Below, piece by piece: positions 49,381-59,099 of a stretch of DNA of 64,000 nucleotides. Below the pieces are notes generated by a model, which saw only the letters and a program-made list of their open reading frames with translations, did no database searches and was not told the DNA's origin. The stretch covers positions 67,660 to 131,659 of the forward strand of contig LDXO01000005.1 of NCBI GenBank assembly GCA_001443455.1. The letters are read 5' to 3'. The stretch is from Deltaproteobacteria bacterium CSP1-8. Lineage in GTDB: Bacteria; Desulfobacterota; Deferrimicrobia; Deferrimicrobiales; Deferrimicrobiaceae. The position numbers were made by a program, and so were the translations under genes. Each line of letters opens with the position of its first letter. Positions within the stretch are counted from its first letter, which is position 1.

Positions 49381-50349
49381 TTACCGTGGGCCGGGTCCGG
49401 AATGGGCCCGGCTCTTTTCCTCTCTTCCTTCTTCCTCGGGCGGGGCGCCCGCGTTTCGCAGGATCTCTCCCGTTTTCTTCCGGTTTTCCTTCCATTGGAC
49501 CTTCCTCGTCCACCAAAGCGCCGTGCGGCCCTTGTCGTCCCTGGCGTCGACCTTCGCGCCGCGTGCAAGCAGCAGCTCCACGGTCTCCGCGCGGCCGTAC
49601 CACGCTGCCCAGATGAGCGGGGTCTTCCCGGCCTTGTCTTTCTTCTCGATCTGCGCGCCCCGGTCCAGGAGGAGCTGCGCCACCGCCGTGTGCCCCATCA
49701 TCGCCGCCGCCATCAGCGCGGACTGGCCGTATTCGTCCTCGACGGCCTCCATCCTCGCGCCCCGGTCAAGCAGCAGCGTAACCGTTTCCGGGTCGTCCCC
49801 CCGCGCCGCCCAGATCAAGGGCGTTCTGCCGTGCTCGTCCCTGATCTCGACATCCACCCCTTCGTCGAGCAGGACCGGGACGGTTCCGGAATGGCCCTTG
49901 AAAGTTGCTGCGTGCAGGGCCGTCACGCCGCTGTGGTTCTCCCGCGCCTTCAGGTCCGCCCCCTTGGAGAGCAGCAGCCTGACCGTCTCGACGTGGCCGT
50001 GGAGCGCCGCCCAGATCAGGGGAGTCCCGCCGGACTTTCCGTCCCTGCCCTCGATGTCCGCGCCGTGCGCGAGGAGGAGTTCGACGGTCTCCTGCCGGCC
50101 CGACTTGGACGCGGCGACCAGGGCGGTCTCCCGGTATTTGTCCGTCGCGTTCGGGTCCATCCCCGCGTCGAGGAAGAGGATCACCGCCTCCGCGTCCCCC
50201 TCTCCTGATTTTCGGACGAAAGTGTCCGAGTCGTACGCCACGTTCCTCCTTTCCAGGTCCGTGCGGGCCTTGTCCGGGGTCGTACTGCACGAGGAAATCA
50301 TGAACAGCAGGAAGATCGGGGGAAAGAGCATCAAGCACGACGATGTCAT
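49381..50349 (-). CDS. Ankyrin-repeat protein, probable lipoprotein
   Basis: Repeated G.TPL..AA..G..E.V.LLL..GA units. Hydrophobic N-terminus ending MISSC. Confidence 0.85.
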   Translation of the reverse strand: MTSSCLMLFPPIFLLFMISSCSTTPDKARTDLERRNVAYDSDTFVRKSGEGDAEAVILFLDAGMDPNATDKYRETALVAASKSGRQETVELLLAHGADIEGRDGKSGGTPLIWAALHGHVETVRLLLSKGADLKARENHSGVTALHAATFKGHSGTVPVLLDEGVDVEIRDEHGRTPLIWAARGDDPETVTLLLDRGARMEAVEDEYGQSALMAAAMMGHTAVAQLLLDRGAQIEKKDKAGKTPLIWAAWYGRAETVELLLARGAKVDARDDKGRTALWWTRKVQWKENRKKTGEILRNAGAPPEEEGREEKSRAHSGPGPR

Positions 50350-50472
50350 CGGTTCCGTTCGCCTTTCCTTTTCCTGGTTCGGCCGGATCGCCGACGGGGA
50401 GCGTCTTGTGCGGACAAGCCTTGCTTGATTATAGTACTCGAATCGGATCCGCAAAGGAGGATGGCAGAGGCA

Positions 50473-51174
50473 ATGAGAACATGCGCATGGACGTTGGTTA
50501 TTTCGACGATCTTTTTCCTCGGCGTCGGTTTCGCTGCCGATCAACCGGAGGTGAAAGAGGAGAAGGACAGGATCAGCTACAGCGTGGGGCACCAGGTCGG
50601 CGGCGACTTCAAACGGCAGGGGGTGGAGCTCAACCCGGACCTGTTCGTGAAGGGCGTCCGGGACGCCATGTCGGGGGCCAAGCCCCTTATGACCCAGCAG
50701 GAGATGAACAAGACCCTTGTCGACCTGAAAAAGAAGATCGTGGCCGAGGAGCAGAGACAGAAAAAGGAAGCTGCCGGGAAGAACCTGCAGGAAGGGAAGG
50801 CGTTCCTCGCGGAGAACGCGAGGAAGAAGGACGTCAGGACCCTTCCGAGCGGACTGCAGTACCAGGTGATCGAAAAGGGGACCGGGGCTTCTCCCAAGAA
50901 GACCGACAGCGTGACGGTCGACTACAAGGGGACGCTGATCGACGGTACCGAGTTCGACAGTTCGTACAAACGGGGGAAACCGGCGACCTTCCGGGTCGAC
51001 GGGGTCATCGCAGGCTGGACGGAGGCCTTGCAGCTGATGAAGCCGGGCGCGAAGTGGCGGCTTTTCATCCCGCCGGACCTGGCCTACGGTGAGCGGGGCG
51101 CCGGCTCCCGCATCGGCCCCAACAGCGCGCTGATCTTCGAGGTCGAGCTGATCTCCGTCGCGCCTTCCAAATAA
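50473..51174 (+). CDS. FKBP-type peptidyl-prolyl isomerase (Mip/FklB-like)
   Basis: SYSVG N-domain, SGLQY, DYKGTLIDGTEFDSS and IPPDLAYG. Confidence 0.93.
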   Translation: MRTCAWTLVISTIFFLGVGFAADQPEVKEEKDRISYSVGHQVGGDFKRQGVELNPDLFVKGVRDAMSGAKPLMTQQEMNKTLVDLKKKIVAEEQRQKKEAAGKNLQEGKAFLAENARKKDVRTLPSGLQYQVIEKGTGASPKKTDSVTVDYKGTLIDGTEFDSSYKRGKPATFRVDGVIAGWTEALQLMKPGAKWRLFIPPDLAYGERGAGSRIGPNSALIFEVELISVAPSK

Positions 51175-51216
51175 CGGCCGTCGTAGCTTTCGTGGAGGGG
51201 GTGTCAGAGACAGGAA

Positions 51217-51244
51217 TCGGGGCCCGCGCGTTCGCGGGCCCCGA
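51217..51244. terminator. Perfect 12-bp hairpin between convergent genes
   Basis: TCGGGGCCCGCG-cgtt-CGCGGGCCCCGA. No clear T-run. Confidence 0.45.
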
Positions 51245-51286
51245 CCCTGCGGGCGCCGATTCCGTCCGGGCACGTGGTGCGCGCCC

Positions 51287-52852
51287 TTACATCCCTCCCA
51301 TTCCGCCCATGATGTCCCATACCCCCATCATCCCGATGTCCTCGTGCTCCGGGATGTGGCAGTGGAACATCGCCATCCCGCCGTAGTCCTTCACGGGGAT
51401 GAGGATCCGGATGCTCCCCCACTTCGGGACGATCACGGTGTCTTTCCAGGCGGGGGCCGAGGTGTAAATCGATGCGTACCCGCTGTCTCCGCCCGAGATC
51501 GCCAGCACCTGGCAGGGGTTCGTGTGCTGGTGGAAAGGGTGGTCCATCCCGCTGTCGTTGGCTATCTCCCATTCCTCCCACGTCCCCGTGTGGGAGGCAA
51601 TGCGGTACGCCTGGTCCATCCCTTCGAAGGTGATCCCGTTGATGTACCCTCTCCCCTGTCCCATGCCCAGGGCGAGGGATCGGATCGCCATGGGCATGGC
51701 GTTCACCCGCCTCGCCTCCGGATCGATCATGGAGGGGATCCCCTGATTGGACCGGCTCCCCTTGTACGAGAGGGTGAGCAGGGTCACCTGCTGACCCGAA
51801 TTCGCGCCCATCCTGCTGTAGGGGAGGGAAAGGAGCCGGTACTTCGCCGAGGCCTGGTCCGCCTTGACGAGCAGGTCCACCCGCTCCCCGGGCGACAGGA
51901 GAATCCGGGAGATCGGGTAGGGCCGGTCGAGCAGTCCGCCGTCGCTCCCGACCAGGTACATCATGGGGTGCCCCTCCAGGCTCAGGTGGTAGAACCGGGC
52001 GTTGCTGGCGTTGAGGACCCGCCAGCGCTGCACCTGTCCCGGACGGATCCGCAGCTCGGGGTTCACCTGGCCGTTGACCATGACGATGTTCCCTTCCTTG
52101 CCGTGCATGTAGTCCATCATCATGGCGTATGGAGCGGGCTCCGACCCGGAAAGGTCAATGTCCTTGAGGGTCATGACATGGGTCTCATAACCTCCGAGCG
52201 CGGAAACCTCGTCCTCAACGACGATCGCCCCCGCGAGTCCCTTCCAGTACTGCTCCGCTACCGTCCCGTGGATGTGGGGATGGTAGAAGTTGAGGGATCC
52301 CCCGTCCTGCAGGGAGAGGTCGTACTCGTAGGTGAACGAATCTCCCGGCCACCACGCGAGCATCACGTTGTCCGCCTTTCCCGAGGGGGAGACGTGGAGC
52401 CCGTGGGTATGGAGGTTGGTCACATCCATCGCATGTCCGAGCAGGTTGGTCCCCCCGGGGGGAATGGAGTTGGTGAAGTGTACCCGCAGCAGGTCCCCTT
52501 TCCGGACCCGGATCGTGGGGGCGGGGTACAGGCTGTTATAGGTCAGCAGGTTCGCCGGGGTCCCGTTGATGTCCACCACCGCGGCCCTGGCCTCCATGTT
52601 CACCTCCACGAGGCCCGGAACTCCCGGCACGATGTTCGGCATTTCCGCGGGGTCCTGGAAGAGCGGGCCGAGCGGAGGGTCGATGACGCCCCCTCCACCG
52701 CCCATTCCTCCGCCCCCCCCTCCACCCATTCCGCCGCCTCCCCCCATCCTCCCCCCGGAAGCGGCGGCGGTCTTAAGACCCAAGTACCCTCCCGCCAGGG
52801 CGACCGACGAGACCTTGAAGAATTCCCTCCGGTTGATCGATTTCCTGCCCAT
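51287..52852 (-). CDS. Tat-exported multicopper oxidase (CueO/SufI-like)
   Basis: NRREFFK twin-Arg signal, NLHTHG, YHPHIH, HPFHQH and FHCHIPEHEDIGMM. Confidence 0.93.
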   Translation of the reverse strand: MGRKSINRREFFKVSSVALAGGYLGLKTAAASGGRMGGGGGMGGGGGGGMGGGGGVIDPPLGPLFQDPAEMPNIVPGVPGLVEVNMEARAAVVDINGTPANLLTYNSLYPAPTIRVRKGDLLRVHFTNSIPPGGTNLLGHAMDVTNLHTHGLHVSPSGKADNVMLAWWPGDSFTYEYDLSLQDGGSLNFYHPHIHGTVAEQYWKGLAGAIVVEDEVSALGGYETHVMTLKDIDLSGSEPAPYAMMMDYMHGKEGNIVMVNGQVNPELRIRPGQVQRWRVLNASNARFYHLSLEGHPMMYLVGSDGGLLDRPYPISRILLSPGERVDLLVKADQASAKYRLLSLPYSRMGANSGQQVTLLTLSYKGSRSNQGIPSMIDPEARRVNAMPMAIRSLALGMGQGRGYINGITFEGMDQAYRIASHTGTWEEWEIANDSGMDHPFHQHTNPCQVLAISGGDSGYASIYTSAPAWKDTVIVPKWGSIRILIPVKDYGGMAMFHCHIPEHEDIGMMGVWDIMGGMGGM

Positions 52853-53065
52853 GGGATCCTCCTTTCCGGATTCGGCCTGTCCCGATGAAACGATATATTT
52901 AAATATCCATGATTATAGATGCATCGAACGTGCCGTGGGCGCTGCGCGAACGATGCCGATTGAAGTCGAGGGGTTGCCCCCCGATCATCGTGACCCCGTT
53001 GTCGAGGGCACCCGGACATGTCGCAAAATCTCGAAAGAAGTTTGAGGATCTTCGAAGTGGTGGCG

Positions 53066-54985
53066 TTACTTTCCCTTCCGGAGAACACGCTTGTCGCCGA
53101 TCCGCAGGGTGACCTTGGACAGGTCGAAGTGCTCGAGGAGCGGGATGACGTATTTGCGGGAGATCCCCCCGGCGAGGTCCTTGAACTCCGGAACGGTGAT
53201 CTCGCCCTTCTTCCCGAGGAAGGTGACGAGTTTCTCCTTCAGCGCACCGATCGTGCCGGGGTCGAAGTGCAGGTCCTTCACCCGCAGGACCTGGCCCCCC
53301 TTGGCGAGCGCCTCCAGCGTCTTCTCGAACTCCCGCCGGTCCCCGGGGCGCAGGGCATCGGCGAGCTCCGCCTTCGAGAGTGCGGACAAACCCGATTCGC
53401 GGATCTTCGCCGCGATCGCATGGGCGAGCGGAGAGGACAATTCCACCGTCCGGGGTTTTTTCGCAGGCAGGAAGATGAGGTCCCCCGCCTTCCCCGCCTC
53501 CGGGCGGGCGGCAAGCGACAAGGCGATGAGCTCGGGGTCGGTCCCGTCGGTGAACTGGGCGGCGATCTCCTCGCGAAGGAACCCCTCCCGGTCCGGGAAG
53601 CGTTCGTGGAGCGCAGACAAGGAACGGATCCCCTCCTCCCCCGTCTCCTCCAACGCAATGCCGTGCCAGTACCGGCCTCCCCCCGTATCCCCCCGAACCT
53701 TCCCCGATGAGACGAGGCGCCCGATTTCCGCGCCTGCCGCGGCAACACCGATCCCCCCGATGACGGCGGCCTCTTTCGTCCCGAGCCCGTTCCGCCCGGC
53801 CTCTTCCAGGGCTGCCAGGACCCGGACCGCCGCCTCGGGAGACTGTAACGGGGGCAACGCCTGCGGGATCGCCTTTCCCGTCCCCTTGCGGCGGGGGGGA
53901 TAGGGGGAAAGGATCCGTCCTCCCCCGATGGTGTAGCCGAAGTTCTCGAGGGGGGAGAAGCCGCGCAGGATGAACCGATCCCCCCCCATGAGGACGATCT
54001 CCTCGTCGAGTTCGATCCGCGCGTACCCCGATCCGCCGGGAGAAATCTCCGCGACGCCGTAGAGAAGGATCTTCGCGAGGGAAGCGGACGTCCCCGCGTG
54101 GAACGAGGCACGCGCCCGGTTCTTCAGCGGCCTCGCAGCCAAAGGCAGGTATTCGAGATGCACATCGGCCGCCTTCGTGGGGGCATACGTCCCCGGGTGG
54201 CACAGGACCGACCCGCGCGGCACGCTCTCCTTTTCCACCCCTTGAAGGTTCCCCGCGGTGCGCGTTCCCGCCGAAGAAATTTCCGCCGGTCCCCCGTGGA
54301 CCTGCAGCCCCCGGACGCGGGCGACCGGGCCACCGGGGAGCACCTGGACTTCCTCCCCCGTCCGGACGGTACCCCCCGTGATCGTGCCGGTTACCACCGT
54401 TCCGAACCCCTTCATGGAGAACGACCGGTCGACGGGAAGCCTGAAGAACAGTTCCGGGTCCTTTCCCCTGACGCGCGACGCGATGGTATCGAGCGCGCCG
54501 ACAAGCGCCGGCAGCCCCTTCCCCGTCACCGCGGAGACCCGCACGACGGGGGCGTCGCTCAAAAAAGTGCCGCGGACGAATTTTCGCACCTCCTCCTCCT
54601 GGAGGGCGGCCCAGTCGGCATCCACCTTGTCGCACTTGGTCAAGGCCACAAGCCCGTCCCCGACGGAGAGGAGCCGGCAGATGTCGAGGTGTTCCCGCGT
54701 CTGGGGCATCACCCCTTCGTCCGCGGCGATGACCAGCATCACGATGTCGATGCCGGCGGCGCCGGCGACCATCGTCCGGACGAACTTCTCGTGGCCGGGG
54801 ACGTCGATGATCCCCGCGAGCGTCCCGGAAGGGAGCAGGAGGTGGGCGAACCCCAGCTCGATCGTGATCCCCCGCTCTTTCTCCTCCTTGAGCCGGTCCG
54901 GGTCGATCCCGGTGAGCGCCCTCACGAGGGCGCTTTTGCCGTGGTCGATGTGGCCGGCCGTCCCGACGATCACCCTGTTTGGCAT
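53066..54985 (-). CDS. selB: Selenocysteine-specific elongation factor
   Basis: [41 protein letters not shown] and a C-terminal winged helix ([13 protein letters not shown]). Confidence 0.96.
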   Translation of the reverse strand: MPNRVIVGTAGHIDHGKSALVRALTGIDPDRLKEEKERGITIELGFAHLLLPSGTLAGIIDVPGHEKFVRTMVAGAAGIDIVMLVIAADEGVMPQTREHLDICRLLSVGDGLVALTKCDKVDADWAALQEEEVRKFVRGTFLSDAPVVRVSAVTGKGLPALVGALDTIASRVRGKDPELFFRLPVDRSFSMKGFGTVVTGTITGGTVRTGEEVQVLPGGPVARVRGLQVHGGPAEISSAGTRTAGNLQGVEKESVPRGSVLCHPGTYAPTKAADVHLEYLPLAARPLKNRARASFHAGTSASLAKILLYGVAEISPGGSGYARIELDEEIVLMGGDRFILRGFSPLENFGYTIGGGRILSPYPPRRKGTGKAIPQALPPLQSPEAAVRVLAALEEAGRNGLGTKEAAVIGGIGVAAAGAEIGRLVSSGKVRGDTGGGRYWHGIALEETGEEGIRSLSALHERFPDREGFLREEIAAQFTDGTDPELIALSLAARPEAGKAGDLIFLPAKKPRTVELSSPLAHAIAAKIRESGLSALSKAELADALRPGDRREFEKTLEALAKGGQVLRVKDLHFDPGTIGALKEKLVTFLGKKGEITVPEFKDLAGGISRKYVIPLLEHFDLSKVTLRIGDKRVLRKGK

Positions 54986-55056
54986 ATCCCTATCTTACCG
55001 GATCCGGGGGTAGGTGATAATGTGAGGAGGAAGAGGAAGGGAGAAAGGAGGAGGCG

Positions 55057-55329
55057 CTGGATTCCCCGCGCAGGATCCCGATCGAGGACCGGATCGATCT
55101 GCACGCCTTCTCCCCGAAGGAGGTCGTGTCCGTGGTCGAGGAGTATCTCGAGGAGGCGGCAAGGAAGGGCTTGCGGCAGGTCCGGCTCATCCACGGACGC
55201 GGGACCGGAACGCAAAGAAGCATGGTCCGCAAGGTTCTCTCCCGCCACCCGCGCGTGGAGGCGTTCGGCGACGCTCCTCCCGACGCCGGCGGCTGGGGAG
55301 CCACCCTCGTCCTGCTGCGCCTTTCGTAA
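55057..55329 (+). CDS. Smr/MutS2-domain protein
   Basis: IPIEDRIDLHAF, IHGRGTG and GGWGAT. The start is probably CTG after GGAGGAGG. Confidence 0.85.
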   Translation: MDSPRRIPIEDRIDLHAFSPKEVVSVVEEYLEEAARKGLRQVRLIHGRGTGTQRSMVRKVLSRHPRVEAFGDAPPDAGGWGATLVLLRLS

Positions 55330-55334
55330 CGGCC

Positions 55335-55682
55335 CTATTTCCGAAGGGTGATCTCGATCCGGTTCACGCTCTTGACGAGGGTACGGTCCTTCTTGATGAC
55401 CTGTTCGCCGTCGAGCGATTTCTTCACGAGAGAAAGCGCAGCCGCGTGGAGCGGAGTCGCCGGCTTGTCGGAAAGCCGGTAGTCGATCCAGAGCCCGTCC
55501 TTCTTCGATTCGACCAAGCCCGCCTCGGAAAGGGTCTTCAGGTGATGCGACACGTTGGGCTGCGACCCTTTCAGGACGTGCTGGATCTCGCAGACGCACA
55601 AAGGCCTGGCCTCCAGCATCTTGAGGATGCGCAGACGCGTCTCATCCGACAGGGCCTTGAACAGTTTCGTAGTGGTTTTCAA
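55335..55682 (-). CDS. ArsR/SmtB-family repressor
   Basis: FKALSDETRLRIL, LCVCEI and SHHLKTL. Probable TTG start. Confidence 0.9.
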   Translation of the reverse strand: MKTTTKLFKALSDETRLRILKMLEARPLCVCEIQHVLKGSQPNVSHHLKTLSEAGLVESKKDGLWIDYRLSDKPATPLHAAALSLVKKSLDGEQVIKKDRTLVKSVNRIEITLRK

Positions 55683-55779
55683 AAGAATCACCCCCCCGGG
55701 TATTATTATACGGTAATCTTTGCCGTTCAGTCCGGTCAAGCGGAGCGATCGGGGGGGGGCGGCGGCGAGGGAGGGCACC

Positions 55780-56265
55780 GTGGAGGGGAAAGGAAAGATT
55801 TCGACGGGGAGGCGGAAAACGGTTCTCTTCCTGTGCACCGGGAACGCCTGCCGCAGCCAGATGGCGGAGGGGTGGGCGAAGGCGCTGAAAGCGGGAGAGA
55901 TCGAGGTCTTTTCCGCCGGGGTGGCGCCGTGCTACGTCCACCCGAAGGCGATCCGGGTCATGGCGGAGGCGGGAGTCGATATCTCGGAGCAGTACTCGAA
56001 GCATGTGGAGGAGATGGACGGGATCCGGTTCGACTGCATCGTGACGTTGTGCGACTACGCCGGCGAGGTGTGCCCCTACCACCCCGGCCTTGGAAAACGC
56101 ATCCATCAGCCGTTCGAGGACCCCGTCCACGCGCGCGGGACGGAAGAAGAGGTGCTTGCCCGGTTCCGGGACGTCCGGGACCAGATCAGGCGTTTCGTCG
56201 AGGGGATGCCGGGGAACCTCGACGACCCGGAGGAAGCCGGCGATTCGGGGATGGACAAGAGCTGA
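55780..56265 (+). CDS. arsC: Thioredoxin-coupled arsenate reductase (LMW-PTP fold)
   Basis: FLCTGNACRSQMAEG and VTLCD..CP, all three Cys present. Confidence 0.85.
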   Translation: MEGKGKISTGRRKTVLFLCTGNACRSQMAEGWAKALKAGEIEVFSAGVAPCYVHPKAIRVMAEAGVDISEQYSKHVEEMDGIRFDCIVTLCDYAGEVCPYHPGLGKRIHQPFEDPVHARGTEEEVLARFRDVRDQIRRFVEGMPGNLDDPEEAGDSGMDKS

Positions 56266-56339
56266 AGCGGGGGATCCCTCTCCGGGCGGCAGCCCGTATG
56301 TTATGATTTTCCCACTGCGTTTCGCACCTGGGGGGAAGG

Positions 56340-57782
56340 ATGGCGTTCCGGGACCTGCGGGAGTTCCTCACCGCGCTCGAGGCGCGCAGGGAGCTGAAAA
56401 GGATCACGGCCCCCGTGTCCACGGACCTCGAGGCGGCGGAGATCGCCGACCGCGCAGTGAAAGCCGGCGGGCCGGCGCTCCTGTTCGAAAACGTGAAGGG
56501 GCACACCGTCCCGCTCGCCATGAACCTCTTCGGCACGATGGGACGGATGTGCCTGGCCCTGGGCGTCTCCTCCCTGGACGAGATCGGCCTGCGGATGATG
56601 GAGGTGATTGAGCCGGAGATCCCGTCCAACCTCATCGAGAAGCTCAAGATGCTCCCCAAGCTTGCCCGCCTGGCCGACTTCATCCCGAAGACCATCTCCA
56701 CCGGGCCGTGCCAGGAGGTGGTGGAAAAAGAAAGGCCGTCTCTCTCCTTCCTCCCTGTCGTCAAGACGTGGCCGGGGGACGGGGGACCGTTCATCACCCT
56801 TCCCCTCGTCTTCACGAAGGACCCGAATACGGGGCGCCGCAACGTGGGGATGTACCGGATGCATGTCTACGACGAGACGACCACGGGGATGCACTGGCAC
56901 ATCCACAAGGGGGGGGCGCAGCATTACCGGGGGTTCCGGAAGAAACGGGAGCGGATGCCGGTGGCGGTGGCGCTCGGTGGCGACCCGGCGACGATCTACG
57001 CGGCTTCCGCCCCTCTGCCCGAGGACGTGGACGAGATGGTCTTCGCCGGCTTTTTGCGGAAGCAGCCGGTCGAGCTCGTCCGCTGCCGGACGGTCGACAT
57101 CGAAGTCCCGGCCCACGCCGAGGTGATCCTCGAGGGGTACGTCGACCCGGACGACCTGCGCACGGAGGGACCGTTCGGAGACCACACGGGGTACTACTCC
57201 CTCGCCGACGATTATCCCGTCTTCCACGTCACCTGCGTGACGAGGCGAAAGAGCCCGATCTACCCCGCGACGATCGTGGGGAAGCCCCCGATGGAGGATG
57301 TCTACCTCGGGAAGGCGACGGAACGGATCTTCCTTCCGCTGCTGCGGAAGATCGTCCCGGAAGTGGTCGACATGAACCTGCCCGTCGAGGGGATCTTCCA
57401 CAACTTCGCCCTCTTCTCCATCGACAAGCGCTATCCGGGCCACGCCCGGAAGGTGATGAGCGCCGTGTGGGGCCTGGGGCTGCTCATGTTCTCGAAGTTC
57501 GTCGTCATCTTCGACTCCGACGTGAACATCCAGGACCTCTCCGAGGCCCTCTGGCGGATCGGGAACAACGTGGACCCCCGGCGCGACACGATGATCGTCG
57601 AGGGGCCCGTCGACGCCCTGGAGCACGCCTCCCCCATCCCCCACTACGGGTCGAAGATGGGGATCGACGCGACGCGGAAGTGGAAGACGGAGGGCTTCGC
57701 CCGCGAGTGGCCCGAGGACATCCGGATGGACGACGACATCGTGGCCCTCGTGACGCGCCGGTGGAAGGAGTACGGATTCTGA
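56340..57782 (+). CDS. ubiD: UbiD-family decarboxylase (menaquinone, futalosine pathway type)
   Basis: RNVGMYRM, EGPFGDHTGYY, GKPPMED and SKMGIDATRK. Confidence 0.9.
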   Translation: MAFRDLREFLTALEARRELKRITAPVSTDLEAAEIADRAVKAGGPALLFENVKGHTVPLAMNLFGTMGRMCLALGVSSLDEIGLRMMEVIEPEIPSNLIEKLKMLPKLARLADFIPKTISTGPCQEVVEKERPSLSFLPVVKTWPGDGGPFITLPLVFTKDPNTGRRNVGMYRMHVYDETTTGMHWHIHKGGAQHYRGFRKKRERMPVAVALGGDPATIYAASAPLPEDVDEMVFAGFLRKQPVELVRCRTVDIEVPAHAEVILEGYVDPDDLRTEGPFGDHTGYYSLADDYPVFHVTCVTRRKSPIYPATIVGKPPMEDVYLGKATERIFLPLLRKIVPEVVDMNLPVEGIFHNFALFSIDKRYPGHARKVMSAVWGLGLLMFSKFVVIFDSDVNIQDLSEALWRIGNNVDPRRDTMIVEGPVDALEHASPIPHYGSKMGIDATRKWKTEGFAREWPEDIRMDDDIVALVTRRWKEYGF

Positions 57783-58206
57783 TGGTCCGCCGACCTGCAG
57801 ATCCCGGCATCTGCGCTCCGCCGAGGTCGCCCAATGCGGCACAGGGCGCGGAAACCGACTCCGCCCCCTCGGAGGGGGGCCGCTCACCGCAGCAGAGGGA
57901 CCCTGCCTCGCGGGGGCTTCCCCTCCGCTACGCTCGCGACCTGCGCCCGCTCGCTGCCGTTCCGCTCGCCGCAATCCGCACCTCGCTCCACAGGCCGCTT
58001 CGTGGAACCCCCCGCATCGCCCCGGGTCCTCTGTCGGCGGCGCAGCAGCCGCAGGAGGGGGTCGGAGCTGAGGTAAAGCGCAGCCTTGCAGGTTCACCGC
58101 ACGGCGAGCCACGAAGCGAAGGCCCCCTCCGAGGCTGCGAAGCCGGCCCCGGGTGTTTCCGCGACGGGGCACGCGCCGCACCATTCCCCCGGCGCGGGGG
58201 AGGCCA
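57783..58206 (+). repeat. Mosaic intergenic repeat, copy 4, in the ubiD-ubiA spacer
   Basis: Core at about 57901..58021 plus module 58037..58148. TG...CA ends, flanked by CTGA on both sides. Confidence 0.85.
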
Positions 58207-58211
58207 CTGAC

Positions 58212-59063
58212 ATGCTGGGCCGGGCAGGCGTCTACCTCGAGATGATCAAGGTGGCGCACACCGTATTCGCGCTGCCGTTCGCTCTGATGGGGGCGTTCCT
58301 TGCCGCGGGGGGCTTCCCCTCCGCCCGGACGGTCTTCTACATCTTCCTGGCGATGGTGGGGGGAAGAAGCGCCGCGATGGGGTTCAACCGGCTGGTCGAC
58401 GCCGACATCGACGCGAAGAACCCCCGGACCCGGGAGAGGGCCATCCCGAAGGGCGAGGTGAGCAGGCCGATGGCGGGCGTCTTCATCTTCCTGTCCGTGG
58501 TCCTGTTCGAGCTGTCGGCGGCGAAGTTAAACCCCCTGTGTCTCAAGCTCTCCCCGGTGCTCCTGCTCATTCTGTTCTCCTACTCCTACACGAAGCGCTT
58601 CACATGGGCGTCCCACATTGTCCTGGGGATGTGCCTCGGTGCGGCGCCGCTGGCCGCCTGGATCGCCGTCACGGGGGGGGTCGACCCGAGGATCCTGGTC
58701 CTCTCCTTCGCGGTCCTGTTCTGGGTGGCCGGGTTCGACGTACTCTACGCCCTCCAGGACGTCGAGTTCGACCGGAAGGAGCGGCTCCACTCCATCCCGC
58801 GGTATCTCGGCGTGGGGAAATCCCTCTGGGTGGCGCGGGGGTTTCACTTCCTGATGGCGGCCCTCCTGCTGGTGGGCTATTATAGTTTTGGGCTGGGGGG
58901 GTGGTTCCTCGCGGGATGGGGCATCTGCTCCGCGATGTTGTTGTACGAGCACAGCATCCTGCGGGAGGACGACCTTTCCCGGCTGAACGTGGCGTTTTTC
59001 AACCTGAACGGAATCGTAAGCATCGCGCTTTGCCTGTTCACCTATCTTGACCTCGCGCTCTGA
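58212..59063 (+). CDS. ubiA: UbiA-family prenyltransferase (MqnP-like)
   Basis: HTVFALPF, NRLVDADIDAKNPRT, YSYTKR and YALQDVEFD. Confidence 0.9.
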   Translation: MLGRAGVYLEMIKVAHTVFALPFALMGAFLAAGGFPSARTVFYIFLAMVGGRSAAMGFNRLVDADIDAKNPRTRERAIPKGEVSRPMAGVFIFLSVVLFELSAAKLNPLCLKLSPVLLLILFSYSYTKRFTWASHIVLGMCLGAAPLAAWIAVTGGVDPRILVLSFAVLFWVAGFDVLYALQDVEFDRKERLHSIPRYLGVGKSLWVARGFHFLMAALLLVGYYSFGLGGWFLAGWGICSAMLLYEHSILREDDLSRLNVAFFNLNGIVSIALCLFTYLDLAL

Positions 59064-59099
59064 AACGGTCGGACGGGACGGCGGGGACGAGGAACCTCC

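Noticed and set aside
53066-54985. Selenoprotein genes near selB
   Set aside because: I found no in-frame TGA at a conserved Cys position in the recognisable ORFs. The check was by eye only.
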